NCBI GenBank assembly: GCA_965649825.1
Contig: OZ287694.1
Location: 183,097 to 247,096 of the forward strand
DNA: 64,000 nucleotides
From: Penicillus capitatus
Taxonomy: Eukaryota > Plantae > Chlorophyta
Direction of reading: 5' to 3'
Both the position numbers and the translations under genes were made by a program. Each line of letters starts with the position of its first letter. Within the stretch, counting starts at the first letter, position 1. The notes under the pieces are model-generated. The model was not told where the DNA came from. It saw nothing but the letters and a program-made list of their open reading frames with translations, and did not search any database. Shown in pieces: positions 1-12,498 of the stretch.

Positions 1-2187
1 CACGAGATGGCCGAGGCAAATCCGCCGTGCAATCCTCCGCCGCTCTCCGTCGCGTTGCACCTGGAGACGCGCAAGCTCTCTGCTGCCAGATAGGAGTGCG
101 AGAGGTAGAGTCCGGCGCCGATCTTCGAACGGGAAGAGGTGATGGAGACGTCGGTCAAGGAGAGTCGACATCTCCAGAGGGCACTGATCGACCCCCCGGC
201 GGTCTCGGCCGCGTCCTTCTCGAAATCGCTGGACGTGACGTTCGCGAAGGACAGTCGCAAAGCGAGGGATCCTCCCCCGACGGCGCGGTTCTTCGTAAAC
301 TGACTCGAGAGCACCGTCAGTGTTGCCTTCTCGGCGAAGGCGGCGCCGCCGCGGAAACTGGCACGGTTGCCTCGGAGAGTAGCGTGGCGGAGGGTGGCCG
401 TCGATCCGGATCGCACAGAAACGCCGCCGCCCGACTCCTGGCTCCTGTTGTCGACGATGCTCGCGTTTGCGGCCAGCACTTGGCAGAGATCCTCGGCAGA
501 GATGGCTCCCCCGTCGGTTCCGGCTTCGTTGTGCCGCAGCGTGACGTGGCGCGTCAAAGTGACGTTTGACGCGCGGCATCGAATACCACCTCCCCTTTCA
601 GAAACGGCTCGATTCCGCACGATGCTCGAGTGCTCCAGAAGGATCGTGGAGTTGTTCTCGGCGCTGAGGGCGCCGCCGCCGGCTCGCGCGCTGTTGTTTC
701 TGAAGACGCCGTGATGAACACCGACGAAACTCCGCGAAGCAGAAAGAGCCCCTCCGCGGATCGCCGCATTTCCTTCGAAGCTGCAATCGGTAAGTGACAG
801 TAGCCTTGTGTGGTTTGCATAGATCGCCCCTTCGCTTTGATCAAGTGCTCCGTTGCCGGAGAACTGGCAGTGGAACATGGAAGCGTGTATCGATGCCGTC
901 AACACGATGACCGATCCCGGTACGTTGTTCGAGAACTGGCCGTTTATCAGCGTCAAGCTGCCGGCGGTCACACGCAGCACCGGCATCTCATTTCGCACGG
1001 CGACCATACCAGAGGCGTCGGTGATCGACGCCGCGGGCACTGCGATCAGAGCGCCACGGGCTTCGCTGCCAGAGGGGAGTGCAGTGTTGTTCTGCATCGT
1101 CACATTTGTCAGACGATTCTCCAGAGAGAGATCCGCAAAGCAGGTGCCAGAGCACGCGTTGCCGACGAAGGACACATTCGACATCTCGACGGCGGTGCAC
1201 GCGTCGCTGCCGACGCGCACGGCCGATGTTCCGTTCAGAACGTTGTCGCGGAAGACCACGCGTTCGAGGACAACGCGACCGGATCCACTCCCGCCGTCGC
1301 ATTTCTCGACGTCGATGATGGCGGCGTCTCCGTTGGTCCCGTTCAGATAGCATTCAGTGAAAACGATGCTCCCAAACGACGCTCCTCCAGATCTACAGAG
1401 ACACGTACGTGCATAGGACATCCGTTCGGACGGGAGGGCCGTCGCACCTCAGCAGAAAGGCTCCTCTGTCCTTTCGACAGCGGAAGACCGTGAGCTCCGT
1501 CGCAGCCGAAGCGGCGTCGCTGGCTTGATCGACCGGCGCTCCCAAGACGAGCCTCCAGGGGATTTCCACACGTCTGGAGAGCTTGATGGGGCGCTTCACT
1601 CGGAAGAGGACCGTGTCGTCTTCGCGGGTGCAGTCGATGATCATCTGCAGATCGCCATCCAGCGTCCTGAGCGCGGCGTCGCTCACCCGCCAGGTGCGTT
1701 GCTCCTCATCCAGCAGTTCAGAAATCTGCGCTGGCGAGAGCGCGCATTGGTCGTCGGTGTCTGATGGAATCGCCGTCTGCGAGACGGCCCTCGTCGACGC
1801 ACCGTCTGTCTCATCTTGGAGCAGGGCACGATGTCGTGGTACGGCGTCGCTCAGAAAGGCTCGCTGCGGGACGGTCGCGTGTCGGACGTGGACCGTCGGC
1901 ACGGCGGAGAATCCCGACTCGGGCGACGATACGTTGCCGCTCGCAGAGGTAAGCGTCGCATCGTAACCTGCAGCGTTCGCTGTCAGAGAGAACGCGCGTT
2001 CCGGACTGCTGCCGGGCGTCGCGCTCCGTCGGCGACGTGCATCGCAGACGCAGACGGCGAACGAACCGGGTGTGTTACCTGTGGGGCTCAGGAGACGGAC
2101 GTGGGCGTCGGCGCGTCCTCGTGAATGAAGGATGACCAGAATCCAGAGGAGCCAGGGGAATCGGTGAGCGAAGGGTATCGGTGTCAT
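1..2187 (-). CDS. Secreted or membrane beta-helix (Pmp-like GGAI repeat) family protein, copy G1; 5' part, runs off the left window edge
   Basis: ATG at 2187 with signal-peptide-like MTPIPFAHRFPWLLWILVILHSRGRADA. Conserved module W-x-V-x-D...DLQMIIDCTREDDTVLF...IPWRL. GT-AG intron 1393-1447. The frame then stays open from 1392 to base 1 with repeated N-x-A..GGA motifs (e.g. FEGNAAIRGGALS, HNEAGTDGGAIS, GNRASFRGGAAF). Confidence 0.85.
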
Positions 2188-3483
2188 GAAGAGAGCGTGT
2201 CTTCGGAGAGAGGAAGCTTCGAAGGAGGACGTTTGTCGGTCGCGATGCGGAAGGGCAGTCTTGCAAAAGGTGCTTTCTTCAAAAGGCTGACAGGCTGGTC
2301 GCTGTTCTGAGGTCAGGAAGTGCTGAGAATCTTGATGTGACTGACGGCCAATGAGTTAGCGACCGCATGGCGTACACGGGAGGGTTACGTCAGCGGCGAG
2401 GCCCTTTCGCCAAGTGTCCGAACAATTGATCGCTACCTTCGACGTCGAATCGAATCAGAAATCGGCCAGGTACTGCGGGCTCAGACGGGAAGGCGCACTC
2501 TGCGTCACCCCCGGCCGAGTACAGGTGTTCTTCTAGACAAGGTCACCCAGCAAAGCAGTTTGTGATTTAAACCCTTAAGTGGCTCGGCAGAGTGTACTCT
2601 GTTCGAAGAAGAATCTCTCTTCTATCTCTCGCGAGCTTAAGGATAACGTTCTGGCAGACTCGGTTGAGCAAATACCCTCGTTCCTTTCTCGCACTTCAAA
2701 GCGCAATGTCTTCGTCGTTCTGATCACCGAGACCGGTCTTGCCCTCTGGCAGTTTTAATGATACGATTCGACTCGTGCTAGCTAAGACTCTATTCACGTA
2801 AAGGCTTCAGTATGGGGTGCAGAACTGGTTCTTGTTCCATCTAAGACATACGCAGTGCATATTCCACGGTCCGTGCGAATGCCTAAGGACCGGGTTACCG
2901 TAAAGAAGACTAGTGCAATGCGGCAGGCTCGATGCTGATAGCGCGAAACGATTTTTAACGCACCAAAGAGAACAACGAATAAACGACAAATTATCGCCAT
3001 CTAAAGAGAGGCGTCAGGCATACACCACAAGTGGGTCTTTATCCATTTCTTTGGTAGATAATACGAACATGTAATCCTTCATCTAACGTACGGAATGGCC
3101 ACTTATAGGAATACCCGTCTGGCATCATTTCTTTTGAACAAAGTTGCGCGTTTGCAAGGTTTGTTGCGCACGACGTCAACAAAGGAGATTTCCAAAGCGG
3201 AACTTCGTAAGAGTGTCTGTCTGTTCTCGAGAACTCTGATTCCACTTCTTAGTTTTGGACGATTTCGTCCATTTCTGTTAACTGTCTAATCCTCCGGTCT
3301 TAAGGTCCGTTAAGAAGCTCATACAAGTTTCTTTCGAATCGTGTAACATGCTAAGCGCACGATTATAGTATACACATTAAAGGAAGAGCAAAGTCCGATC
3401 GCGCACTTCGGTAGCATCCTTTCTTAAACGGCGGCAAGGATCCTTGTACAAGTGGTTCGTACGGCGCGCCACCGCGGCACGGG

Positions 3484-3803
3484 GTCCGCGTCGTCTGCCG
3501 CTCGGGGCGCTTGATCCGCGTCGTCTGCCGCTCGGGGCGCTTGATCCGCGTCGTCTGCCGCTCGGGGCGCTTGATCCGCGTCGTCTGCCGCTCGGGGCGC
3601 TTGATCCGCGTCGTCTGCCGCTCGGGGCGCTTGATCCGCGTCGTCTGCGGTCGTGGCGCTTGATCCGCGTCGTCGCCGGGGGTGGCGCTTGATCCGCGTC
3701 GTCTGCGGTCGTGGCGCTTGATCCGCGTCGTCGTCGGGGGTGGCGCTTGATCCGCGTCGTCTGCGGTCGTGGCGCTTGATCCGCGTCGTCGTCGGGGGTG
3801 GCG
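3484..3803. repeat. GC-rich minisatellite, about 11 units of 29-30 bp
   Basis: Core CGCTTGATCCGCGTCGTC followed by three variant tails (TGCCGCTCGGGG, TGCGGTCGTGG, GYCGGGGGTGG). Confidence 0.95.
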
Positions 3804-4951
3804 GTGGCAATTCTAAACAAGGCAATAATAACCTGTGCTCATTGCGACCGGCAATATAACACAAAGATCAAAGGATTGGTTCTTCTAGCGAATTGTAAAA
3901 CTACGTCTGTTTTTGCGAAAGCCATAACATCATCCACGACGGACCACCTTTTTTGAGCTTACACGTCGGTCTTTGTTCCAACGGAGTTAAGATGGTCGGA
4001 CTCGAAGAGTAAACCACCTTCGACGTCCGCTTCACGTCTTCCGGTAAAAGCATGAACCCCACAATACTACCGTTGGCTGTTTCCTTTGCGGTTCTCTCTT
4101 GCATCGATATCTTGTTCCCCTTCGCGTTTCCAACAAACGCGCATCAAGGTTAAGGTTTTCCGAGAATCGCAAAGACAATGCCGAGCTCTTAACGTTTAGA
4201 TGCCAAGAACTCTATTGTACCTCTCTTCAAATCGAAGAGACTTAAGAGATCCAACCGCAAGTGTGTTACGATACTCTTGTCGTATTGTTTTAAAGAACAC
4301 TCTCAGTATTGCTCAACAGTTAAATAGGACACATGGTGTGGTCGCCGTGGATTTCAATACATTACCACGGTCATCAACCGGCCCATCCGCTTTGTCAACG
4401 GCAAATCCACCACCGAGTCTTGCGTCACGAGCTATGATCGGTGTTTCAGGCGTATAGATTGACAAGCAAGGTCGCCCGGACTAATGTGCCTCCACATGTC
4501 CTCTTCGAACAATGTTTCCCGATATGGTGGATAATTTTAAGGTATAAGAAACAACCGTTCCCCGCAATCTCTTAAAGAGTCTCGAGTTCTTTGCGAGCAC
4601 AATCGATAGCAGACATTCGTTCACCCGTTCTGTCCTTGCAATCGCGTCGTAAGGATCGACGGATCTTCGCTCAACTTCGCAACCATCGTCGCTGCAAGTT
4701 TCTTTCACACTTCTTCGAAACGCGTCAGACGAGCGTGACAGACAACTCGGATCCTTCTAGTAATCCAACCAGTCATGGAATCGGGTCTCTGTATCGTAAT
4801 GGAAGCCATAATGGAACAATACTTCTAAGAAGCTGGTAAATCGGAGGAAGCAGACACTCTTATACATCGCCTCCACATAAGCAACGCGGTAGCGTGAGCT
4901 ACTCTTTACGTACCCAACACTAGCGCAACATCCGAGCTTGAACCACCCATC

Positions 4952-5465
4952 CGGTAATCGGCGACATAACTAAAAAAGTCTGCCGACGTACGCTGTGATG
5001 TCTCTATTGTTCACTTGCTTCATTCACGCAAAGCTTCTTTAAATAATTCTTCTTTGAAATGTGTTGGCTTGAAACGGTTCAGAAACGCCTGCTTGAACTT
5101 AATCAATTACGTCCAGGTTGTGATGGCCATTCTTTGGCCGATCCATACCAATCTTGTGCAGTTCTCTCAAACATAACTCCGGTGCTGTACAAGTGTAATC
5201 GTTTTAAGACCTCTGCTCTGATCGAGTAGGTTAAACTCTCCATTGTATCTTTGACTCTTACAAGAACCCAAGAAAGCTTAGCCTCTGAGAACGCTCTATG
5301 AGACAGGCAGGTTTTCCTTTCAACGCAACATCGTACCGTGCAGAAGCTTCTTAGAACTTCGAGTCATCTCACATCGCATGACACAATTTGCGACACTGCT
5401 GCTCACAACGATTGACCGCGTGGGATTCAACTTCGCAGAGAATGTGCGACACTGAATTTCTGCAA
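4952..5465 (-). pseudogene. Decayed Ty3/Gypsy-type gag fragment (also at 11937-12455 minus and 22435-22950 plus)
   Basis: Three near-identical copies. Broken translation AQDWY...ITTWT*L.KFKQAFLNRFKPTHFKEELF...DITAYVGRL resembles the retrotransposon gag capsid motif. A degenerate knuckle (RRGHVEAH) lies nearby at about 23390-23420 and 4485-4515. Confidence 0.6.
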
Positions 5466-6050
5466 GGATGGTAGAGAACAGAAGATACCTTCTGCCTACA
5501 TTTGAATCGTCGGCTAACTATACTGTTTCAAAACAATGACCTCGGCACGATCAGTACTACTAAACGAGCGAGACAGTGAATATGACATTCTTTACTGAGT
5601 TCTCTGCGACACAATCAGTTAAAGTAAACGTGTTAAGCGGAGCACTCTTGGGTTCACCCCTTACTGTACGCACACTTGAGATTGAACAGATAAAAGACAT
5701 CAGATCTCTGTCGTGTCGCTTCCCGTTTCGCATAGCGCCAGTGCTTCGCCCACAGATTCGCCAGAGGTTCGCACACTCACGTCGCCCTTCGAGAAGAAGT
5801 GCAGTGGATCTTCCACGACCTCCTCGACTGCGCACGACAAGCAGCAAAGACCGACCAGGATAAAACACACCCCTTTCAGGAAGTCCATCGCCGCCACAGA
5901 CATCGAGGATTCGTTCTGTACTTGAATGTGGTACGAGCCCGCTCTGGCTGACGTAAGATAAAGGAGGCGCCTGCTCGGCGGCTGTGAGTACAGCATCATC
6001 GCCCGCTTTTCACAACGCATCCAACGCGCAGCCGAGGAAGAGGAAAGCGG

Positions 6051-6773
6051 GTGATATTGGTATTGGTGGACGGGTTCAGTAGGTACACACACCTACAGTT
6101 GAGTCGGGGACCGACAGAAAAAGCAGCATTGCGAGGGTTGGAGCGCTGGTGGACGTCACTGGTGTGGAAACATGGAGGGATCAAGATGCTTATGACAGAC
6201 AGAGGGGCGGCATTCACGGGAAGTCGGATCCGAGAATTTTGCAGAAGGCAGGGGATAAGCCAACGATGGACGGCGAGTCGCGCGCCATGGAGCAACGGGG
6301 CCGCGGAGAGACAAGTTGGGAATGTCAAAGCGAGACTGGCCCAAATGCTGTGGGGCTTATCCGAAGATGTATCCATCCACGATCTCGAGGATATCCTGAA
6401 CCAAGGAGTATGTCGAGCAACCGGATTTACACCAACCGAAATCTGTTGGGGTCGACGACGTAACGGGGCTGTGATGAAACAGGAGGAGTGGGAAGAGGCA
6501 ATCGAGGCGGTGAGGTGTCGCCGGGAGCGGGGAAGGCGAGAGGAGAGGGCGCGGTACAGGCAGAAATACTCAATTAAACCGCCGTTGATGCCGGGACAGT
6601 GGGTCCTGGCGTACGAGCCGCATAAGAAGGAAAACGTATTACACTCGGCATGGACGGGGCCACATCTTACCAGTTCGCCGCGAGGAACCAAGCTGTGGAC
6701 ACTGTGGCAGAATGGGGCATCCCGGTTGATCGGACCGTTTCATGTGGAACAACTTCGTGCGTTCCACACATGA
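6051..6773 (+). mobile_element. Retroviral-type (rve) integrase fragment of an LTR retrotransposon, 5'-truncated
   Basis: VLVDGFSRY / TDRGAAF / PWSNGAAER give an intact D-D-E triad. A C-terminal PGQWVL...W.GP motif is typical of Gypsy integrases. No upstream RT or zinc-finger region: the frame starts right at the inverted-repeat boundary. Confidence 0.9.
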
Positions 6774-8414
6774 TGGACAAATACCCATTCGGAGTTGGCG
6801 GGAAGCGTGGTGTCGGCAAGACGACGAGACGGCACCATGATGGGATCATGTTGGACCAAAAGGGAGGAGAAACGATTGAGGGGACTGTCTGGCTGGCGAT
6901 GGGTGCACGTCGTCAAGGGGCGCTTCAGGTCTTGTCAATGAGAGTTTCGGGCGTTGGGGGGCCAGGATTCTCTGGCTCGGGGCGGTGGGTGACTCACCTG
7001 TTGTGAGGGTCCCATCGTTCGGGGAAGATAAAGGGAGACTCTCTGAGCTCATTTAGCTTTTTGTAAGGATTTTCGTGCGACTTTCAGCCTGGCCGACGAC
7101 GATGAGCAACGCTCAGTTTCGCACGCAGCTGTTCCATACCCACCGTTGTATCGGGATTCGCCATACGTGTCGGCACTCAGGTTTTGGCGAGAGGGAGAAC
7201 GCCGGAGTGTGGACGCCTCCGACCTGTTCCAACGAGGTGCTGAACAGGTGGTACACAACGCCGGACTATACGAGTCCAGACGAAGCTCGGTTCAAGAAGA
7301 GCGGGGTAATATCTCGAACGAGGCCGGACCATCACATCGACCAGGGGCGGAGGAACGTCAGTTGTCCGGGCAACCAGACGGCGGACCCACCAGTGGTACT
7401 ACACGACAAGACCGACAGAGTCGACGCGAACGAATGGAGAGGGTTGCAGTGGAACGCCGCAGAGAAATGATACGTGGCAGTTGGTCTGCATACACGGACG
7501 GGTAGTGTGCGTGCAGGTAACAAGGCACAGGTCCTCTGAATTGTTGTACTAAGGTCGAAGATCACTCACTCATTACACACGTTCTCACTCCGGCCGGCCA
7601 AAAGGATAATGGTGGGGCCTATTCCTAGGAGCAACGGTAGTGCTAATAGATTCCGTTGATCCAGTCGCGCGAATTGCGCCTACGCAAGAAACGTTTCTTC
7701 TGGTCGACTAAACGCAACGCAGTCGAAAAGAAGAAAAGAACTCTGCAGTCAACCGGCGTCAATGACCGTGAACACAAAGAGAGAGGGACCTCAGAAGCCC
7801 TCCCGGCACTCTACTGTGGTAAGGTCGTTCGAAAATGCACTTTTGAGAGTAGAATAAATATCTCATCTGTAAGCAACACTCTTTCGTAATGGTGCGAAAG
7901 CAAGCGCATATGTGACTCTTACTCATTCTACTGCCCGAGTGACTTTCCTTTCCGCGTTCTCTGCTGTCCTTGGTATCATTCCGCAGTTAAATAATAGCAT
8001 TAGTCAATAAAAACTATCAAATAACATTCGCCCAGATAAAGTGTTCTCAATCCAAGCCGCTTACGTTCCAAAAGGATGATGGAACTCGGGCCTGAGTTTC
8101 GAGCGACTTTGACACACGACATAACTTTGTCGTTCTTAGTCTATCGAAGAAGTGAACGTCGTTGGTCATTGGCTGCACGCAGTCAGTCAGTCTTATCGGA
8201 TTGAACAGAGATTCTGAACAGTTAAGTCAGGCAGAACGCGGTCTTCGCTAAATAATGTCTACGTTTGAGAACACTTCAGTTTGGTGAGTTCTTTAGAGAA
8301 CCGAACGAATGTAACACCGCTAGACCGAAACAGACGCAGTTCGCCGTTGCACTTGAGGATTGAAAGAGACTTTACATGGTGATGTACTTGGTTTTGATAA
8401 ACAAGAAACAGAGA

Positions 8415-8575
8415 GGCGGGCTTGGCGGGACTCTCGGCGGCCCCATCTACGTACAGGGCAGAGAGAGGCGGGCTTGGCGGGACTCTCGGCGGTCCCATCT
8501 ACATGGCAAAGAGAGATAGAGAGAGTCGGGCTTGGCTTGGCGGGACTCGTGGCGGTCCCATCTACATGGCAGAGA
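8415..8575. repeat. Short array (3 units) of the GGCGGGACTC(G/T)(T/C)GGCGGTCCCATCTAC/(GA)n minisatellite
   Basis: Same unit as the longer arrays at 41335-41850 and 49315-49800. Confidence 0.85.
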
Positions 8576-8663
8576 GAGGAGGGAGGGCATCTTCGGGCAG
8601 GACTCGTGACGGTCCCCGAAAGAGTTTTTCTGCTTTTTGTATGCTATTTTCGCTTCCGAAGAC

Positions 8664-9533
8664 CTACCTCTCCTGCCGTGCTGGAGTTTCCCTAAGGTTA
8701 TACCGTGATCTCGCTCTCCTTTGCCGCGAGATCTCCCGCTCAGGGGTATCCCGCAGCCGATACCTTCTTACACCACGGACTGTCCCGGCATCCAAGGGAA
8801 CGTCAGCCGATCCTTCTTCAGGCTGCGGCTCGCCGCTTCCCTCGCTGTGCGCCTCGGCTTCCGGCTGCGGCTCGCCGCTTCCCTCGCCTGCATTGGCTTC
8901 CGGCTGCGGCTCGCCGCTTCCCTCGCCTGCATTGGCTTCCGGCTGCGGCTCGCCGCTTCCCTCGCCTGCATTGGCTTCCGGCTGCGGCTCGCCGCTTCCC
9001 TCGCCTGCATTGGCTTCCGGCTGCTGTACCGAAGAAAGAGCCTCAAGCGCCAACTGGAGAAGGTTGATAAACGTTGTAGCTATTATTCTTCGCCTTATGA
9101 GGGCGTACCCTTGCACGTCGCGGTCATACAAGTATGCGAGGCACATCACCGCGAGGACGATGTCGTCAAATGCTTGATCGATATTGGAATACCCGCTATC
9201 TCTCAGCTTCCGGAGAATCCATTCGACTAAACTATCCCACGTGCGGATGACGCGTTCACCTTGATTGTTTTCGTGCTCTAGGAATTCACGTTCAATATGG
9301 GCGCTACTATCGTCCAAAAACTCCCTAAGAGCTCTAGTCACGTAACACGTGAAAACTAATATCGCGAAGTTGTTGAACTCTATGTTATTGAATGCCTTCA
9401 ACCTTCCGTCAAGCTGGAAACCCCGAAGTGCTTCGGACGTTGCAGTTTCTAGAAGAAAAATCAGCGCACGAAAATAATACCTAAAAACCTTCCTTCCTTT
9501 CAGCGCGTTAAAAAGACTCTGACCGAGCGTCAT
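8664..9533 (-). CDS. Hypervariable-family protein allele 1 (289 aa): helical core, GEGSGEPQPEANA repeats, Arg-rich tail; function unknown
   Basis: Open frame from ATG 9533 (MTLGQSLFNALKG). Homologous intact frames at 41957-42760 and 49905-50675. TATA-like box about 155 bp upstream. Confidence 0.8.
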   Translation of the reverse strand: MTLGQSLFNALKGRKVFRYYFRALIFLLETATSEALRGFQLDGRLKAFNNIEFNNFAILVFTCYVTRALREFLDDSSAHIEREFLEHENNQGERVIRTWDSLVEWILRKLRDSGYSNIDQAFDDIVLAVMCLAYLYDRDVQGYALIRRRIIATTFINLLQLALEALSSVQQPEANAGEGSGEPQPEANAGEGSGEPQPEANAGEGSGEPQPEANAGEGSGEPQPEAEAHSEGSGEPQPEEGSADVPLDAGTVRGVRRYRLRDTPEREISRQRRARSRYNLRETPARQER

Positions 9534-9688
9534 TTTCCTAGTAGCGCCGACTTGTGTAGCGGAAAATACCAAAAGACTGTGACGTCAAAGCACAAACACG
9601 GAAAGTTAACGAAGCGGAAAGATTGGATCGTCGTTCGTCTCACACGCTCAACCGAAACAAAGACGGAAAATGGGGCGGCGCTCATCGC

Positions 9689-9696
9689 TTATATAC
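9689..9696 (-). promoter_or_regulatory. TATA-like box (GTATATAA) upstream of the hypervariable ORF; also at 42893-42900 and 50808-50815
   Basis: Conserved in all three copies, 130-160 bp upstream of the ATG, on the coding strand. Confidence 0.55.
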
Positions 9697-10251
9697 TTTT
9701 CCCCATGATGTGACGTTGTCACATCATTTTATCGCCTTATCAGCCTATCGCAATGCGGGCTCCAAATGCCAACCGTCGGAAACGGAAACTGGGAGGGAGC
9801 CGTCGATTACTTAGTGACATCTGTCTCAGTCCATCACATCGGTTTCTAGTCGATTCAGTTATCAGCGAGCACTTTCGCCAAGATGGCCATGATGATCGGA
9901 CTGTCTTGTTCGGCCGGGGTCGGTTGCTTAAAGGGGCACACGGCCGTGTCGAGTAGATCGTTTGATGGAAACAGTTTGAACAGTGGGAAACGTGAACTTT
10001 TTGAAATGCAAAGCTTTGCACGACGACAGGCAAGAACTTGCACATCTACAAAGCTTATAGAGGGTAGGTAGGGTTTAGTGCTGTCGCATCAAGGCCGCGG
10101 GCCTATTTTAAGTAACAAAAAGGAATATTCTTTGAAGATTCCGGAATCTGCCTGGAAGCTGTTGCGTATAGGCCGCGGGTCTATGTTTGGATTGTCGGGT
10201 GCAGGGAAGGCACAGAGAACCTGCGACCTGTTGCTTGGAGATTGACAAAAG

Positions 10252-10760
10252 TGTCGCGTAAGAACGTGCCCGTAGGCCTGGTCATCATGATAGAGTCTGG
10301 AGGTCCGGGGGATGGTATATCCTCAGGGCGTGGAGCTACGAGTTCGACGCTGGCGTCTTCGGAACTTCGTTGGGAGCCGTAGATTTCCGCGTTGTTGATG
10401 ACCCGTTCGGCGCCTCGCTGTAGTAAGTCGGAAGCCTCTGCCTGACGGAACCGGTTGAGGCGATCTTCAAAGGTGGGATACAGCGGCGCGTAGAAAATGG
10501 TCGCGCGTTGGACGTTGTGCTCGGCGTTGCGTCCTGCCAGGATGCAGCAAACAACAAGTCTTACACAGAAATCGTAAAAGGCAAAGGTCCGTTCATCCCC
10601 CCTTTTATGCGGTCCCGGTGATGCGACTCTACGAAGGAGTGTGTCAGCGCGTCACCAGAACCAGAGAAAAGTGCCCCGAAACACAGCTGACAAGACAGGC
10701 AGCGCCCCTGCGCACAGCTGACCCCCACAGATCAAGGCGGTATCACATCGCTCGGCGACA
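10252..10760. mobile_element. Solo LTR (509 bp) with a 5-bp target-site duplication
   Basis: Termini TGTCGC...GCGACA, flanked by AAAAG on both sides. Copies 2 and 3 carry the empty site GACAAAAGTGTAAGCAG (about 43455 and 51370). Confidence 0.9.
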
Positions 10761-12498
10761 AAAAGTGTAAGCAGATGAGCTCATTATTAGGGCGTTACGG
10801 CTGGCTCAACACAGTCCCGACCCGGCAGATTCTGTCGCCAAGATTGCCATGATGGTCGGGCTGTCTTGCTCGGCCGGGGTCGGCTGCGTCAAGGGTCACG
10901 GCCGGTCGTGTCAGAAGGGCCTTGTGTGCGCCGGAGGACGCGTTTCCACGGCGCCGAGACGCGGATGAATCACCTACCTGTCTACGAAGTCAAATCAAGG
11001 GGTAGGGATAAGAGGCTGAGCTTTAACCGTTCGCTGTCTTTGGTGTTTTGACTGTTGTCTCCGCGAGTTGCATACAATCCGTTTCGGTTTGTCAAAACAT
11101 TCGCTGTCTATCATTGCTTGCAACAAGTTGTCTCTTCGCTGCAAGACTGTTGGTGTGGCCTACAAACACCCGTCCATCCTCATCCGACTTCAAGACTTTC
11201 GCTGCGCTTGCGAGATGATCCAACACGGGGACAGCTCCTCCTCCTCCCCGGCCAAGGCGGCGAGGGAGAGATACGTGTCGTCCATGCTGAGGACGTCGTG
11301 CGGGGGTGGAGGGTCGAGTGGCCGGAAGGAGTTCTTCACGACCCCTACGTCGTGGGTACGGACATCTATCTCGTGAGCTCCGTGGGAATCCACGAGCAAT
11401 CGCGAATGGCCAAGCTTACGTCATCGCATGCAGATTTGCCACGGAGTGCAGCCAGTGTCGTGTTTTCGTCGTTTGTTAAGCGCTGAAACGCGCTAACGAC
11501 GAAGGCATATCGTTACAGAAGACTGATGTAGCAATTAGTGTTCGGACTTTATACGCGTCAAATGTCACATCGACGCGTCCCGTGGCAGCTGCACGAAGGT
11601 GGACAGCTGTTCACTGACGCCAGTCAGTGGACGATCTTCGGAAACGCGGGGCGATGCTCGACAGTGCTGTCCACTTCCTTCTCCGTTCGGCAAGAAGACG
11701 TGAACATTCGGGTTGGCGAACCTTGGCAGTAGAAGGCTGCGGCAACGGAGAGGAGCAATCTTGTTCTCCGACTTCCTTTCGTCGAGTCGCATTTCCATCG
11801 AACCTGATAATTGAATACTCACTCTCTTTTGCTGTTCTCTCGCGACAAGGAGGAATACGGGCATCGCGCTGTAACGGTGGCGATGAAAACGCTATTACAA
11901 TCTTTTCAAATGTCAACATCCTTTAATACCACGACACCGGTAATCGGCGACATAACTAAAAAAGTCTGCCGACGTACGCTGTGATGTCTCTATTGTTCAC
12001 TTGCTTCATTCACGCAAAGCTTCTTTAAATAATTCTTCTTTGAAATGTGTTGGCTTGAAACGGTTCAGAAACGCCTGCTTGAACTTAATCAATTACGTCC
12101 AGGTTGTGATGGCCATTCTTTGGCCGATCCATACCAATCTTGTGCAGTTCTCTCAAACACAACTCCGGTGCTGTACAAGCGTAATCGTTTTAAGACCTCT
12201 GCTCTGATCGAGTAGGTTAAACTCTCCACTGTATCTTTGACTCTTACAAGAACCCAAGAAAGCTTAGCCTCTGAGAACGCTCTATGAGACAGGCAGGTTT
12301 AGTTTTCAACGCATTATCGTACCGTCCAGAAGCTATTGTGAACTTCGAGTCATCTCACAACACATGCGGCGACACAATTTGCGACACTGCTGCTCACGAC
12401 AACTGACCGCGTGGGACTCAAACTTGCAGAGAATGTGTGACACTGAATTTCTGCACGACGGCATTCAAGCCGCGTCTACAAACCGTGGAGCTTAAAAC

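Larger units (their letters stand above)
829..6041. repeat. Left arm of a large inverted duplication (partner 21862-26383)
   Basis: The reverse complement matches 21862-26383 continuously, with scattered substitutions. The same short ORFs appear on opposite strands (5560-5868/22035-22343, 4481-4708/23195-23422, 3039-3245/24421-24627). Confidence 0.95.
8310..10983. mobile_element. ORF-bearing insert, copy 1 (putative large solo LTR or nested element; includes a nested 509-bp solo LTR)
   Basis: Starts TGTAACACC and is flanked by ACGAA on both sides (8305-8309, 10984-10988). The right end is ...TGTCT rather than canonical CA, so the boundary is provisional. Confidence 0.5.
7416..11869. repeat. 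Composite repeat, copy 1 (decayed Gypsy pol with ORF-bearing insert)
   Basis: Colinear with about 40368-43825 and about 48346-52470. Breakpoints are visible at AGAGTCGACGCG (7416) and GGCATCGCGC (11869/52470). Confidence 0.9.

Noticed and set aside
3484-3803. CRISPR-like array
   Set aside because: The spacers are only about 12 nt and themselves repeated, the context is eukaryotic, and no cas genes are present. This is a minisatellite.
10068-10080. Telomere repeat (AGGGTTTAG)
   Set aside because: Single unit per copy; expected by chance.
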